This document shows, one piece after another, positions 26,148 to 38,778 of a DNA stretch of 64,000 nt. Position 1 is the first letter of the stretch, and each line of letters begins with the position of its first letter. The notes beneath the pieces were generated by a model. It saw only the letters and a program-made list of their open reading frames with translations. It was not told where the DNA came from and did not search any database. Both the position numbers and the translations under genes were made by a program. Source of the stretch: Monocercomonoides exilis PA203 (Eukaryota > Protista > Preaxostyla); assembly GCA_001643675.2 (NCBI GenBank), contig LSRY02000003.1, forward strand, positions 2,294,001 to 2,358,000. The letters run 5' to 3'.

Positions 26148-28629
26148 CCATCGTTCAAAAACCCGGATTTCAAGAAAAAAGTGAAAAATGATTATCTCTT
26201 CCAAAAACATTTTCATTTATATAAATATTTTCTTCACGTATCGACATCTATTTTCGATCCAAACATAAATCATTATCATTTAAATTCAATTTTCATTGTT
26301 GAGAGAATCACATTAATGCTATGCTCATTTCTCAATAAGGAAAAAAAAAAAAAAAAAAAAACAAGCAATTCTGTGAATAACTTTAATTGTTCAATGAATT
26401 CTACACTATTTCATTCCTTTTTTCACAAACAAAAATGCAAAATTAATTTTTGCATGTTTTCAATCATTATCAAATAACAAAACCATATTAATTGCAGTGT
26501 CTAAAAATTTATCATTTACTCAGTAGAAACAAGAATAAGTCACATCTGAAATAAGGCGACTGAAATCAATTTCACAAAAAATATTTGAACTTCGAAAAGA
26601 TCATTTGATTACAAAGAAAGTCGCTGTCGATTCTGGCACAATTTCTAACGGTTAATGGTACAGAGGAATAGCTGCAGAGAAGCAAAAAAGACCTGCGGGA
26701 GCGAACGGAAGATCACCAATAATAACACAAGATTTAATAGAAAAAATTGAGAATCAAGTTATTGTTCTTCTTTCAAAATGAGAAACAATTAGTGTGAAGG
26801 ACGTGCACAAAATGGTTTTTGTAATTATTTATCAAGGAAATTAATTTTTCGAAGTATTTCAAGATTATGGAGCATCTTGAGCAATCATTGCATGACGAAA
26901 AAGAGATAAAAATTCCAGGTTATACTGCATCATATTGCACGATTCAAAGAAGCAGTGTTTTGAAATCAGCGCTTTCCAAACCTTTGGACTCAGCAAAAAT
27001 ATCTGCACAATCATCAAGTGCCATGCAAAAAGGGTTCGAAGAACTTTATCAGATTGTAAATGACAAAGATATTAGTGAATCAGGAATATTTAATTTCAAC
27101 GAAACTTCACTCCATTTTGGAGACAATTCTTGCAAACAAGTGGTTTGTTTGCAAAATCAGAAACCCCATTCTACCCCGTTACCAAAAAAAACTTCAAACA
27201 CAACTTTATGCCTTTGTGTGTGTGCGGATGGCTCTTGTTTACCTTCATAACTTCTTTGGCCAGCAAAAAAAACACCTTCAGAATTTCTCACACTTTCTTC
27301 ATTCAATATCAACAATATATTTGCTTCATCTGGCTGGATAACAACGAAAATATTCGAAAAAATAATGTGCGAAAACTGGCTAATTCAAATTGAAGAAAAA
27401 ATGAAAAATGAGGAAAAAAATCGTCGTTATTTCTAACGGATAATCATTCATCACACTTCAGTGAAGCCGTTGAAATGTTTGCAAGAAAAAAAACATCATC
27501 ATCAAAAAATTTCCACCAAATTTGACTCATCTGCTTCAACCGTGCGATAACTCGATTTTTGCTAGGTTCAAAAAAAACGTACAACAAAAACTTCAAAACT
27601 TCATCTGATCGTTCCTCTTCCGCATTTCGCTTCGCTGTTTTTGACATTCTCCCAGAAGCTATATCTGCATCTTCAACTCCTTCAAATATTAAACTTGCAT
27701 TCAAACAAACAGGTGTATGGCTGGTCAAAGCTGCTCCGGTATTGGTGAGAATATGAGGTGAACCAGAAAGAAACAAATCATTATGTGTTGAAAAAAACAA
27801 AGAACAATTGTATAGAATCATTTTTTCCAAAGAAAAAGAAATATGAAGAAAAAACTTTTGAGAACATGAAAACTGATATTGAAAAAGGCAAAACAATTAA
27901 GAATGGAAAAGATGAAGAAAGAAAAAAAACTTCAGCAATCAGTGAAGAGTCAATTTTGATGAAGAAGAAAAAGAAACGAACTAGAAATGAATATTTGAAA
28001 CTGATGAGAAATGAAGAAAAGGATGAGATTGCAATGATGAATATTTCAAGAAAAGAAAATAGAAATAAAAGCGAAAAGAAATTTAAGAAAAAAATAAGTT
28101 TGAGGATTGAGTACAATGACGATGCAAGTGATGATGAAAATGCGAAGACTATTTGAAGCATGATCTTATTATAACAACGCTTTTCATCGTGAAATTAGTT
28201 GCTTGATATTCGATAAATCCAGAGAAATTGCGTTTTATCTTTTTTGAAAATAAAAAGGTTTGATTCTTTTATTCGAATTCCATTTGTTTCCTCATTTCAT
28301 CAAACGCTATCGAATATTGGAATATTTTTCCAATTAATGGATTTTGTTGGGAAAAGCAAATTAAAATAGAAACAAATGATTTCATTCGTTGTGAATTATT
28401 CGTAAGAATAAATATTGATAAAACAAGTTTTATGAAATGACTTTTGAAAAACTCATGTTTCTTTCTAAAAGAATGAACAATTCTTTCATTAACATATGAA
28501 TTATCAACAGTTCCAACATCATTTAACTGTTGAACGTGTATGAAAGAAAAATGTCAAGAACGAATGAATGATCTTTCAACACGATAGATGTCCGTGTTTT
28601 TGAAAAATTCCCGGGTTTTTGAACGATAG
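26148..28629 (+). mobile_element. Pogo/Fot1-like (Tc1/mariner superfamily) DNA transposon, degenerate
   Basis: 19-bp TIRs CCATCGTTCAAAAACCCGG (26148-26166) and CCGGGTTTTTGAACGATAG (28611-28629), 1 mismatch, each flanked by TA. Internal broken transposase. Confidence 0.9.
26520..28156 (+). pseudogene. DDE_1 (pogo/Fot1) transposase pseudogene
   Basis: Motifs IFNFNETSL (first catalytic D changed to N), TLCLCVCADG, SSGWIT, LTDNHSSH and PPNLTHLLQPCD. D2-D3 spacing is 107 nt, i.e. DD35D minus 1 nt. Several stops and frameshifts. Confidence 0.85.
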
Positions 28630-28631
28630 TA

Positions 28632-29441
28632 ATCACAATCTATTTTGCACAATTTTTTGTGATTATAACAGAACTTGATTATACCCGAACCATCTTTTTC
28701 ATTGAAAAGTTTTTCTGAAAAAATTTTTCTGAAGACAAATAAAATTTTTTCAATATTTATTTAAATCCACACATTTGAATCGATTTTTTAAATTATAATG
28801 TTTTAATGAAAATTTTTGTTCATTATAAAGCAGAAAAAAACAACTTTCATTTTTTCAAAAATTTCAAAATACAGATATCGCATAAAATACCGGACATCGA
28901 ACAAAATACCGGACAAGATCGATTTCTCAAAAACCGCAAGAAAAATAATTCTGACACTTTTCCTTAAAATATACCCCATCAATGCAAACTCATTTGATAC
29001 ACGAGACTTTCAAAATAACTTCATTTGTGCTCAGAAAAAAATGATAATTAAAATCTCGGAGAAACTCAAAATCCTATTTCTCCGAAATTTCGATATATAT
29101 TTTTTCTGAGCATAAACATGGAAGTTATTTTGAAAGTCTCGTGTATCAAATGAGTTTGCATTGATGGGGTATATTTTAAGGAAAATTGTCGGAATTATTC
29201 CTCCTGTAGTTGTCGTGAAATCGATCTTGTCCGGTATTTTGTGCGATGTCCGGTATTTTATGCGATATCTGTAGACAGAAAAATACTTATAAATTTTCAA
29301 AATTGTGATTATTCACGATTTTTGTGTGATTATAACCGATGAAATTACATATAAAAAAATGCAAAATTTGTTGATGCACGAAAAATTGTGATTATTTGCG
29401 GTCTTAATCACAACTGAGGTGATTATAACCGAGCTTCACAG
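28632..29441. mobile_element. Remnant of a second TA-type non-autonomous element hosting the MITE
   Basis: Four GATTATAACCGA-like repeats (28661, 28677, 29328, 29421) and terminus GATTATAACCGAGCTTCACAG|TA. The left terminus is not found. Confidence 0.45.
28872..29271. mobile_element. Fold-back MITE (Tc1/mariner-type), 400 bp
   Basis: TA|CAGATATCGCATAAAATACCGGAC...GTCCGGTATTTTATGCGATATCTG|TA. The two ~190-bp arms are near-perfect inverted copies. Confidence 0.9.
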
Positions 29442-29762
29442 TATTATTATAATTATTATTTATTAGCAAAAAATATTTTTAATATCATTTCTTGGTTACG
29501 GGAATAATGCTTAAGAAATTGTATTAATTTTATCAGCAAGCCCTATCTCAAAACATCATTTCAAAATATTCTTTTTAAGCGTTGTTTTTAAAGGATAGGA
29601 TTTACACCAAAATTATCTGATTATTAAAATATTTCTTTTTTCAAAAAATACACAGCCATTGCATCAAAATATATCTTTTTTACGATAACGTATCAATGCT
29701 CAAAATTAGGCAATAAAGTTCATAACAAAATGAGTAACTGGAAAAAATATTTGGAAGAAATT

Positions 29763-32172
29763 TTAAGTTTCGTTATCTAAAATGGATGATGTTCGATTAT
29801 CTAAATCTTCAATTCCCAAAGCAGAATTCCTGCGTGTCTTGCTTTTCTCTAAAAGCAATTCAGACGAAGCTGAACTCTTCCAAACAGTCGACGAAGATGT
29901 TTCCTTCTCTGCAGCATCAGAACATTTTTCCGTGCCCAAAACGTTATGAAGTGATGCGCAAGTGTCCAAAACATTCTGAGAACAAGTTTGTGGTGCTGGA
30001 TTCATTTGTGCAAAAGCCTGTGAAGTTGAAAGGGAATGCAATGAGTCTGAAATGCTATTCTTTCTTTCCTCAGGAATTTCAATTCTGGATGCAGCAGATA
30101 CTCCAATCAGTGGTGCGGAAGATAAAAAGGGTGATAGCTGCATTGCTGGCGAGCAGGTGTTGGCTGCGGGAGTCCAATCAGAGTCCAGCTCCACAAGTGC
30201 TCTGTCATCGTCCTTGCGGAACACATCCGCCAAGAGGAACGAGTGCTGGGCAGGATGAATGGGAATGATGCCATTCTTCAGCAGACTGTCGCTTTTGATG
30301 CTCTTCCCCATCTGCTCTTCCACAATAAATGCCAAATCGCCCACTGTCGTTGTGAGAGAGTCGTATAAAGCTTCTCCTAAGCAAATCTCCCGGCCAAAGT
30401 TTTGAACAAATAATGGAAGTCCTTTGATTACTTAAAAAAGATTTGAATAAAATACATCAAATACACAATAATAATAATAATAAAATATTTCTGTTAACAA
30501 AAAGATGAAAAAAGATTCCACAAACTTTGTTTTGTATTTTTTTGTTGTTTTTGATTGCGCTGCGATGGCTGAAACGTGTTTTGCTGTGTATTCCGATGAA
30601 GAGATGAATCGTGCTTGAGTTGCATTGAAGAAGTTGAAGAAGATATTGCTGAAGTGTTTGGCTTTACTGAAAACGCCTTTTCCTTTTTCTGTGTCTGCAA
30701 TTTCGTTCCTGCGGCAGAAGACTGAGAGTTGTGTGTATGGTTCAAAGGTGAGGAGAGAAAAGCAGAAGTGGCTATGGAAGTGGAAGAAGAAGAAGAAGAA
30801 GAAGGTCCACTCTGCGATGCAGATGATGGCAATTGCAGATTTGGGGCAGAAAGCGAGGATGACTGTGAATGTTGCGGTGGATTGGTGAAGTGATTGGCTG
30901 ATGAATGTGCTCCTGGAAAGTGACGCATCTTTGGGCTGTTGCTTTGCATCTGAGAACGCCGAGCAATTTGAGAATACGATGCATTTGCAACAGATAGCTG
31001 CGATGAAATTAGAGATGATCTTCTGAAATTGTTATCAATAGCAATTCAAAAAAAAAAGAAAAAAAAAGTTTGTGAAAAATAAATTCAAAATTGAAAAAAA
31101 CAAATAAACATGAATAAAAAATGGCATTGTACCTTTTTGTATCATAAGCTGTAGCAATTGGAGCGGGATCACCTTCTTTGTCTTTAGCCCTTTCAACGTC
31201 CTTGTCTCTTTGCTTATCTTTATCTGTAGCATTCTCTTTGTTCTGCACTTCTTTTGGTGGATGAAGTTCACATATTGCCTGGTGGATCTCCAATCTGTCT
31301 GTCGCAAAGCTTCTTCCGCAGATCTTACATCGCTCTAATGCCAGGTCACTCCGAGTGAACAATGCTGGCAATTATCATTCAACAAAATAAGAATGAGCTA
31401 AAATTATTAATATGAACTTATACATTGCCTCTTTGAAAATGTCTTAACTTTCGGTGCAACTTTAGTTTTACGGGCCTGAAATATTGAGTTTTCATGTTTA
31501 CGTGTTATTGGTATTTCCATTGGCTGTTCTGGTGGACTGTTTTTATCTGAAATCGATTTTCCAACATCTTTTTGTTCGTTTCTTTTCGATTCAAGCGATT
31601 TATGAAATACTTCTGAAGCTGAAGAAGGTCGAAGGGAAATGTTTATATCGAAATCGTTTTCATCAACATTAGTTTCTTCATTTTCTATGTCTTCTTTCAG
31701 AGGAAGAGAAGGATAAGAATCGGAATGCTTTTTTGTTGTGTAAAACAAGGGTTTTCCTCCAAGTTGTAGATCTATCGGTACTTCATTCTGTATCATAGAA
31801 TATACAGTTAAAATGTGAAACAGTTAAAACAATTTTAAACCGGATTACTTTCAGAGCAATTGTCAAATACTTTAATTTCATTTGATATGCTACCATCTAT
31901 GAAAGATTCTTTTGTTGGAGTGGATAATTTCCTTTCGCTTTCAATACTGATGTCAAGCTCTTGATCTTCTTTTTTTTCATTCTCCGAAGTGAAACATATT
32001 TTTGAATTGATCTGTAAAAATTTATATTCAAAAAATTTTGAAATGTTAAACAAATATGCACGATTCTAATAACCTCTAAATCTTCAGATAATTCATTGTC
32101 ATCATTGAGCACTTGCGAAATTTGTTTTGAATTATCGTCATCTTGAACAATAGATGAGATATTTTGTGACAT
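29763..32172 (-). CDS. Six-exon protein with C2HC zinc finger (zf-C2HC_2-like) and low-complexity regions
   Basis: Motif CKICGRSFATDRLEIHQAIC. Five GT-AG introns (e.g. 31023-31132) join the ORF pieces in frame from MSQNISS (32172) to LDNET* (29763). Confidence 0.8.
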
Positions 32173-32220
32173 AAAAAAAGAAAGGCATATGATCAAAATT
32201 TCTATGCTCATCGAAATTAT

Positions 32221-32879
32221 TCATTTTTGTTGAATAAGGTTTTGCGTTGCGAATTCAATCAAATCGTTAACTGTTCTCTTTCCGTCATATTCTTTCCGTT
32301 CATTTTCAATTTCACTGTAAGAAAAAAATGATGAAAAATTGTATCAAAATTGAATGAAAAAGAAACAAACAGTAAAAGCGTGGGATATAATTTAACTCTA
32401 TACGCAGAGCATAACCTTGGGTTTGAGTCGCAATTAATTTGCCCAAACGTTATTGAATTCATCGTTTCAGAAAATTTTATAGCAAATTGCTCATATATAG
32501 GAAAGAATGCCTTGAAAATTTTATAAATAAATGGTTAAAACAAAAATATTAGAAAATGCTTGATAAAAGCATGTAAACGAACCTTACAATGACGACAACC
32601 TGAAATATAGCTAAGAACATTTCCACGAATTATAATCGAAAAATAATTTTAAAAAAAAGGAGCAAACAATAATATAAAGTGTGTTTTTGACTTCTGTTTA
32701 AAAGAATCAATATTTTCTGATGTTATGCGCTCAACCATTTCAGTTTTTTGCTCAAATTCAACAGGATTTCCATTTGCATCATATTCAGGCATTTGATCCA
32801 TTCCGATTTTTATGAATATTAAAAAACTGATTATAGCGATAGCACTAAATAACGTCAATCTGGCATTAAGCGCCTTCAT
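32221..32879 (-). CDS. Single-domain thioredoxin/PDI-like protein with N-terminal hydrophobic anchor, CRHC site
   Basis: Spliced reading: MKALNARLTLFSAIAIISFLIF...HFILF|YISGCRHCK|AFFPIYEQF...GQINCDSNPRLCSAYRVKLYPTLLL|EIENERKEYDGKRTVNDLIEF. Three GT-AG introns. Confidence 0.85.
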
Positions 32880-33283
32880 ATGTAATACACAAAGATATTT
32901 AATTAACAAATGTTTTCGGAATAAAGTAAATTAAATATCTTCACAAGCTTGAATGATTCACTTCATAAATATGTCCATAAAATTCAATAAACAATCACAC
33001 ACAAAAAACCAGAGTTAAGTGAGATTTACACCTTTTGTGTTTGTTCTTTGAGATAAAAAGTTTATGGAAAAACCCGATCAAAAATAAAAATATGAATGCT
33101 TTCATCCAAATGGATTTGTTGTTCGATTTAATTTCAATTTCTCACAATAAATGAATATGTACATTCAAATTATTGGGACATTTTGAGGAGGAAGAATCAT
33201 GTTCGTGACTGTAAATCCACATATGATACGATTTCTTGAAAGAATTATCCCATTTCCTTTTCAGTTGTAAACCTGTGTTTTCA

Positions 33284-34848
33284 ATGTTTATATATCCTTT
33301 TTTGGTTGCTGCTTTAATCTCTGTGAACGCTCTTGGGTTCACAGGTCTCGGCTGTTCATGTCCATCATTTTCTCTTCCTTCATTCTGTTCTCAAAGGATG
33401 TGCCCTCAAAAAAGAATGCCTTGCATATCATCAAGAATTCCAAGGCTATCTCCGTTATGCGCACAAGTCCCATTTTATGATTCGTTTTATGTTCTTCAAG
33501 CTCCACTGGTTTATACGTCACAACTTGATTCATATATGCAAAAATTATCAAACCAACGGCTCACATCACTTCCACTGTTAGAATTGCAAAAAATTTTCAA
33601 TTCTTATGAGAGTTTGTTTAATTTTCGTATTTTAATTTTTTCATCCAAAAAATTAACATATTCTTTCGTTATTTTCATCTTAATTGAAGATTCTGTAATT
33701 CGTTATAATGCAAGCAGAAAAGAACTTGAAGAAACAGAGCAAGGCACGAATTCGAATATCGTGATTCCTGGTAAATCAAAAAACGTAGACGATTTATATG
33801 GAAGAATTGAAGATTCATGGTCGTCAATTATTCTTCATGAATTGTTCTTTACCAACACTGCAACAGGCACATCTCCTCAGCCATTCACTCAATACATGAT
33901 GGCCAAGCAATTTCCAACAGGAAGAGATTTTTCAAAGGCGATGGCAGAAGCAGCAGAAGAAAAGCGAGACGACGAGGATGGGTGGGTAGCGGCTGTGTTT
34001 GACAAGGCAAAAGAAAAAATCGTGATTGGATACATTCCAAAGAACGAATTTTCTCGAAGTATGCATTCATTTTCATTGCTTTCAGATTATTCAATGATAT
34101 TTTGAAATTCTTTACGTGTTGGATTATTTCCAATTTGTTGTTCATTTCCATTTTTTCACATTTTTTTCTGACGATTTATCTATTTCTCTTTCAAAAACGA
34201 TATTTTTTCGCAAATTGAATGATTGGCAATGGCAGTTTTCACATATGCACCTCTGTTAGTTGTATGTTCACTTTTATTTCATTCTGAAATATTCATGAAT
34301 TCATTTTTTCTAATGTTTAAATGTTATTAACTGTGCATTTCATACCATTTTATCAAATATCTTATTCTTCTTAATTTCATCATCATCATCACCATAATTA
34401 TCTTTCTTTCTTTTCTTCTTCTTCTTCTTAATATCATTCCACTTCCTATTCTCTCTCAAAATCCTCTATTTTCCCTTTCCAATTCTTCTTTCTCAGATCA
34501 AAGTGAGTCAATCGCTGCTCAATCAAGATTTGAATGGAGGGCAGCACAATTACATACAAACATACATTCCAAAGGATGCTAACTGGATGGCTGTATGATT
34601 TTGTTGTTATTATTATTATTATTATTTGAAAAAATATAATTAAAAAAAATATTATTATTAAAAAACCAATTCACTTTCTATTTATTTTTCATCACAATCC
34701 AATTTTATATCATCCCATTCAGATTGACAATCGCCTGAAAGAGGCAGTTTCTGAAGAGACATGGCAGAGTTTCCTCAGAATTTACTCTTCTTCTTCAGCT
34801 CCTGCTCAATCTGCACCTTCTTCTCTTCCACAGACACAGAATCATTAA
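33284..34848 (+). CDS. Secreted Fe/Mn superoxide dismutase-fold protein lacking most metal ligands
   Basis: Signal-like MFIYPFLVAALISVNALG, then LHELFFTN, GWVAAVFDK, APLLV|IKVSQS and NWMA|IDNRL, which align with SOD motifs NHxLFW, GWxWLV, PLLxxDVWEH and NWxxVxxR. Four GT-AG introns. Confidence 0.65.
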
Positions 34849-35740
34849 TCAGATAATTGCTTTATTCTTTCTCTCTCTGAATTGTTTCTCTCTTTCTCTT
34901 TCTCGATATCTCTTTTGTATTATTTTATTTTTTGATAACATTAAATAAATATGAATATACTCTATCTTTGTCTTTTTATCGCAAAGATTTCTGCGATGTG
35001 TTTCTTTCACTGTCAATTCCATTCAAAACATCTTATGTTATTCATTCTTCTTTTTGACAAAAATCATCAAAACAAAAAGCAAAAATTATTTTTTTTTTTT
35101 AAATGCAACTGATAAGGAATTTGTCTTGAAACAAAAAGGATCCATTGAGTGATTATCAAATTTTCTATCCAAAAGAAAATTCCAATCTTATTTCTTATTT
35201 TCATAAATTACAATTTTTATTCCCCATTAAAACAAAAAAATAACCAAAATCTTCTTTCTTTTCGAAGTGAATTATTCCTTTTTTATGCGTTTCATAGCTG
35301 TCTCATCAGATGAAGTGAATAAAAAAATGAAGATATTTTAAAAAATAAACAGCTTTTCATATTCTTTCCATTTCAGCTTCTCAAACCTTTCATTTCTCTT
35401 TTTCTTTATTCAAATGGAAAGGCTCTTCTGAAGTGAATGCGAAGGAGAGAGAAAAAGAGAATGAGAGAGAGAGAAAGAGAAACTGAAAGAAAACGAAAGA
35501 ATTCAATAGAAACGCACAAGCATATGCAAATGCTTGTTTTGAATGAGAAAATTTTCTCTTTCTCATTCACAAAGGATGAAACATACTGTTTTTCTTCTGC
35601 CTTCTCAATTTCACTGCTTCTTTTCCTGTTGGTATAAAATTGTGATGTTTTGTTCTGTTTTTGCTCTATTTCATTTCATTTTTGTTCATTTTTGTTCATT
35701 TTATTCCGTTTTCATTCTATTTTTTTTTTTTTCCTCCATC

Positions 35741-36438
35741 TTATTTGTTCTTCTTTGACTTCACTTTTGCTTTCTTCGAAGGAGTTTTTCTATCAGAATT
35801 AGCTGCATTTGATTGATGCTCTTTTTCTTTTTCTTTTTCTTTTTCTTTTTCTTTTTCTTTCTCTTTCCTTTGAGAAGAAGAAGATGATGATGATGAAATA
35901 GAATGTTCATTAGAAGAAGCAGAAATTGAAGAAGAAGAAGAATTTGAAGCTGAGCTTAAAGCAGCTGAGCTAATTTTCTCTCCTCTTTCCCCTTTTTCCC
36001 CTTTTTCCCCCTTCTCCCCCTTCCCCATCTGTACTTCATCTCCTTTCTGCCCACTCCCATGCCTCGTATTCTTCTTCTTCCCTCTTTCTCCTCCTCCTCC
36101 TTCTCTCCCCACCTCCCTCATCTTCCCCTCACTCTTCGTTGTAATGCTAATCCCAATGATAGGCGGCTGCTTCTTGTTCCCTCTCAGCCCATCTCCAGAC
36201 AGAAATGTGTCATCAATAAGCTTGTCTGTGGCTGCATTCCTGTGTGGAGGCGAAGACATGCGGACATAAGGGCAGTTGGGGCGGTGGAAGGAGACGGTGG
36301 AGGAGAGGGGGATGGAGGGATGGATCACTTTGGCACCACAGTGGGGGCAGGGCTGGCCGTGGCTGAGGGGTGGGAGAGAGAGAGGAGAGAGAAAAAAGAA
36401 AGAAAGAGAGAGAGAGAGAGAAAGAGAAAGAGAAAGAG

Positions 36439-36537
<99 letters not shown>

Positions 36538-38743
36538 AAAGAGAAGGGAGAAGAGAGAAAGAAAGGAAATATAAATAATAGATAGACAGAATAAATAAAT
36601 AAATAAATGTTTAATAATAGAAACAAACAATAAACAATAAACATTTTCACATAAAACAAACAAAATCAAATAGAATCTCAATATCCAAATACTCACACAT
36701 GCATATGCACATGCGTATACAGACACAAATAAATAAAAAAAAGAAAAGAAAAGAAAAGAAAAGAAAAGAAAAGAAAAGAAAAGAAAAGAAAAGAAAAGAA
36801 ATAAATTCATTTGTTCTTCACTCAATCTTGTGATATTCGCATACATGTCCCAACAAGAATCTCCATATTTGCATTTTCCCTTTGCGTGGAAGAAACACAA
36901 AGTTGGACGATGAGAAAGATGAGAATGAGAAGAAGAAGAAGAAGAAGAAGAAGAAGAAGAAGATGGAGAAGAAGAAGAAGAAGATGATGATGATGATTTA
37001 AAAGAAGGAGAACGAGAAGAAGAAGAAGAAGAATGAGAAGAAGAAGAACGAGAAGAGGGAAAAGAAATAGGATTCAAGTTAGTGCTCATCCCAATACCCA
37101 TCTCCCCAGCAGTGAATAGAACAGGAGAATCCAAAGCAGAAGAAGATGTTAATCTGCTCATGTGATTGTACTCCTTCGCATTCTGAACAAAACGCATACG
37201 ATTCAGAGAGGATAATGCCTGGAAAGCAGAGAAAGAGCTGAGAGAAGAAAGAGAGTCGATAGAAGAAGAAGAGGAGGAAGAGGAAGAGGAAGAAGAAGAA
37301 GAAGGGCCGAAGAAGGAAGAAGTTGTTTCACCAATGGGGAGGAAGAAAGGCGCCTGCATCATTTCGTCTTCTTCGTCTTCTTCTCCCATTCCTTCCATTT
37401 CTCCTCCTCTTCCTCCTCCTCCTCTTCCTTCTTCATCTTCTTCCATTCCCATTGCCATTCCCATGCTCATTCCCATCCCCATCCCCATCCCCATATTCAT
37501 ATCCATATCCATCATCATCTGCATCCTCATCTGCTTTTCTGCTTCCATCTCATTCATCTCTACTTCTTCTCCTTCTCCCCCTTCTCCCCCTCCTCCTCCT
37601 CCAAAGTACATATTCATTCCCCTCATCCTTCCAAATCTTCTTCTTCCTCCTCCTTCTCTTCCTCTTCCTCCTCTCATTTCGTTCTCGTTCTCATTCTCGT
37701 TCATTTCTTCTTCATAACCCCCTTCTCCTTCAACACCTTCTCCTTCTCCTTCTTCATACTGCCAGCTGTTCTGAATATGTCGTTTGACATGCCTGTCAAA
37801 TTGCTTCATGTTGTATCCATTTTCTCCGATTTCTCCGATTTCTCCGATTTCTCCGTCCTCCTCCTCATATTCGTTCCCTCCTCTCATTGCATCCCCTTCT
37901 TCTGCATAATCCATCTCACTATCTGAAAATCCTGTTATTTCTCCTCTTCTTCCTCTTAGCCCTTCTCTATCTCCTTCTCCTTCTCCTCTTCCTTCTTCTC
38001 CTTCTTCTCCTTCTCCTCCTTCTTCCTCTCTCAAGCACATCATCTGCCTTCTTTCTCTATTCATCCTCACATTCTCTCCAACCTTCACAATTTGAGCAGG
38101 AACAAATGAGTTTATGCTTATTCCTTTCATATTGGAGAAAGAAGAAGGAGAAGAAGGAGAAAGAGAAGAAGGAGAAAGAGAAGAAGAAGAAAGAGAAGAA
38201 GAAGAAGAAAGAGAAGAATTGATAGGATTAAGAGATAGTTGAGACTGTCTTATTCTTTCTCGATGGAAAGGGTTGTGTGCAAGTTCGAGTTCTTCTTCGG
38301 CAGAAAGAGAAGAAGAAGAAGAAAGAGAAGAAGAAGAAGAAGAAGAAGAAAAAGGAAGAGAAGGAGAAGGAGATAAAGAATGGAAGGGGTGAGAAGAGGA
38401 AGAGGAAGAAGAAGAAGTGGAATAAGAAGAAGAACTAATAATTCGAGAAGAAAAAGGAGAAGAAGAGAAAGACTCTGTTGAAGAAGAAGAGGAGGAGGAA
38501 GAAGAAGAAGAAGAATTTTCTTCATTTGAAATATGAGAAGAAGGAGATGTGGTAGCAAAAGAAAGAGAAGAAGAGGAGGAGGAAGAAGAAGAAGGAGAAG
38601 GAGAAGAAGAAGAAGGTGAAGAATTATTGATGGAATTTAGAGAAGAATGAATTGAAGGATGGAATACACGTGCTTGAGGAGAGAGAGAGAGAGAGAAAGG
38701 AAGAGGAAGATGAGAAGAAAAGGAAGAAGAAGAAGAAGAAAGA

Positions 38744-38778
<35 letters not shown>

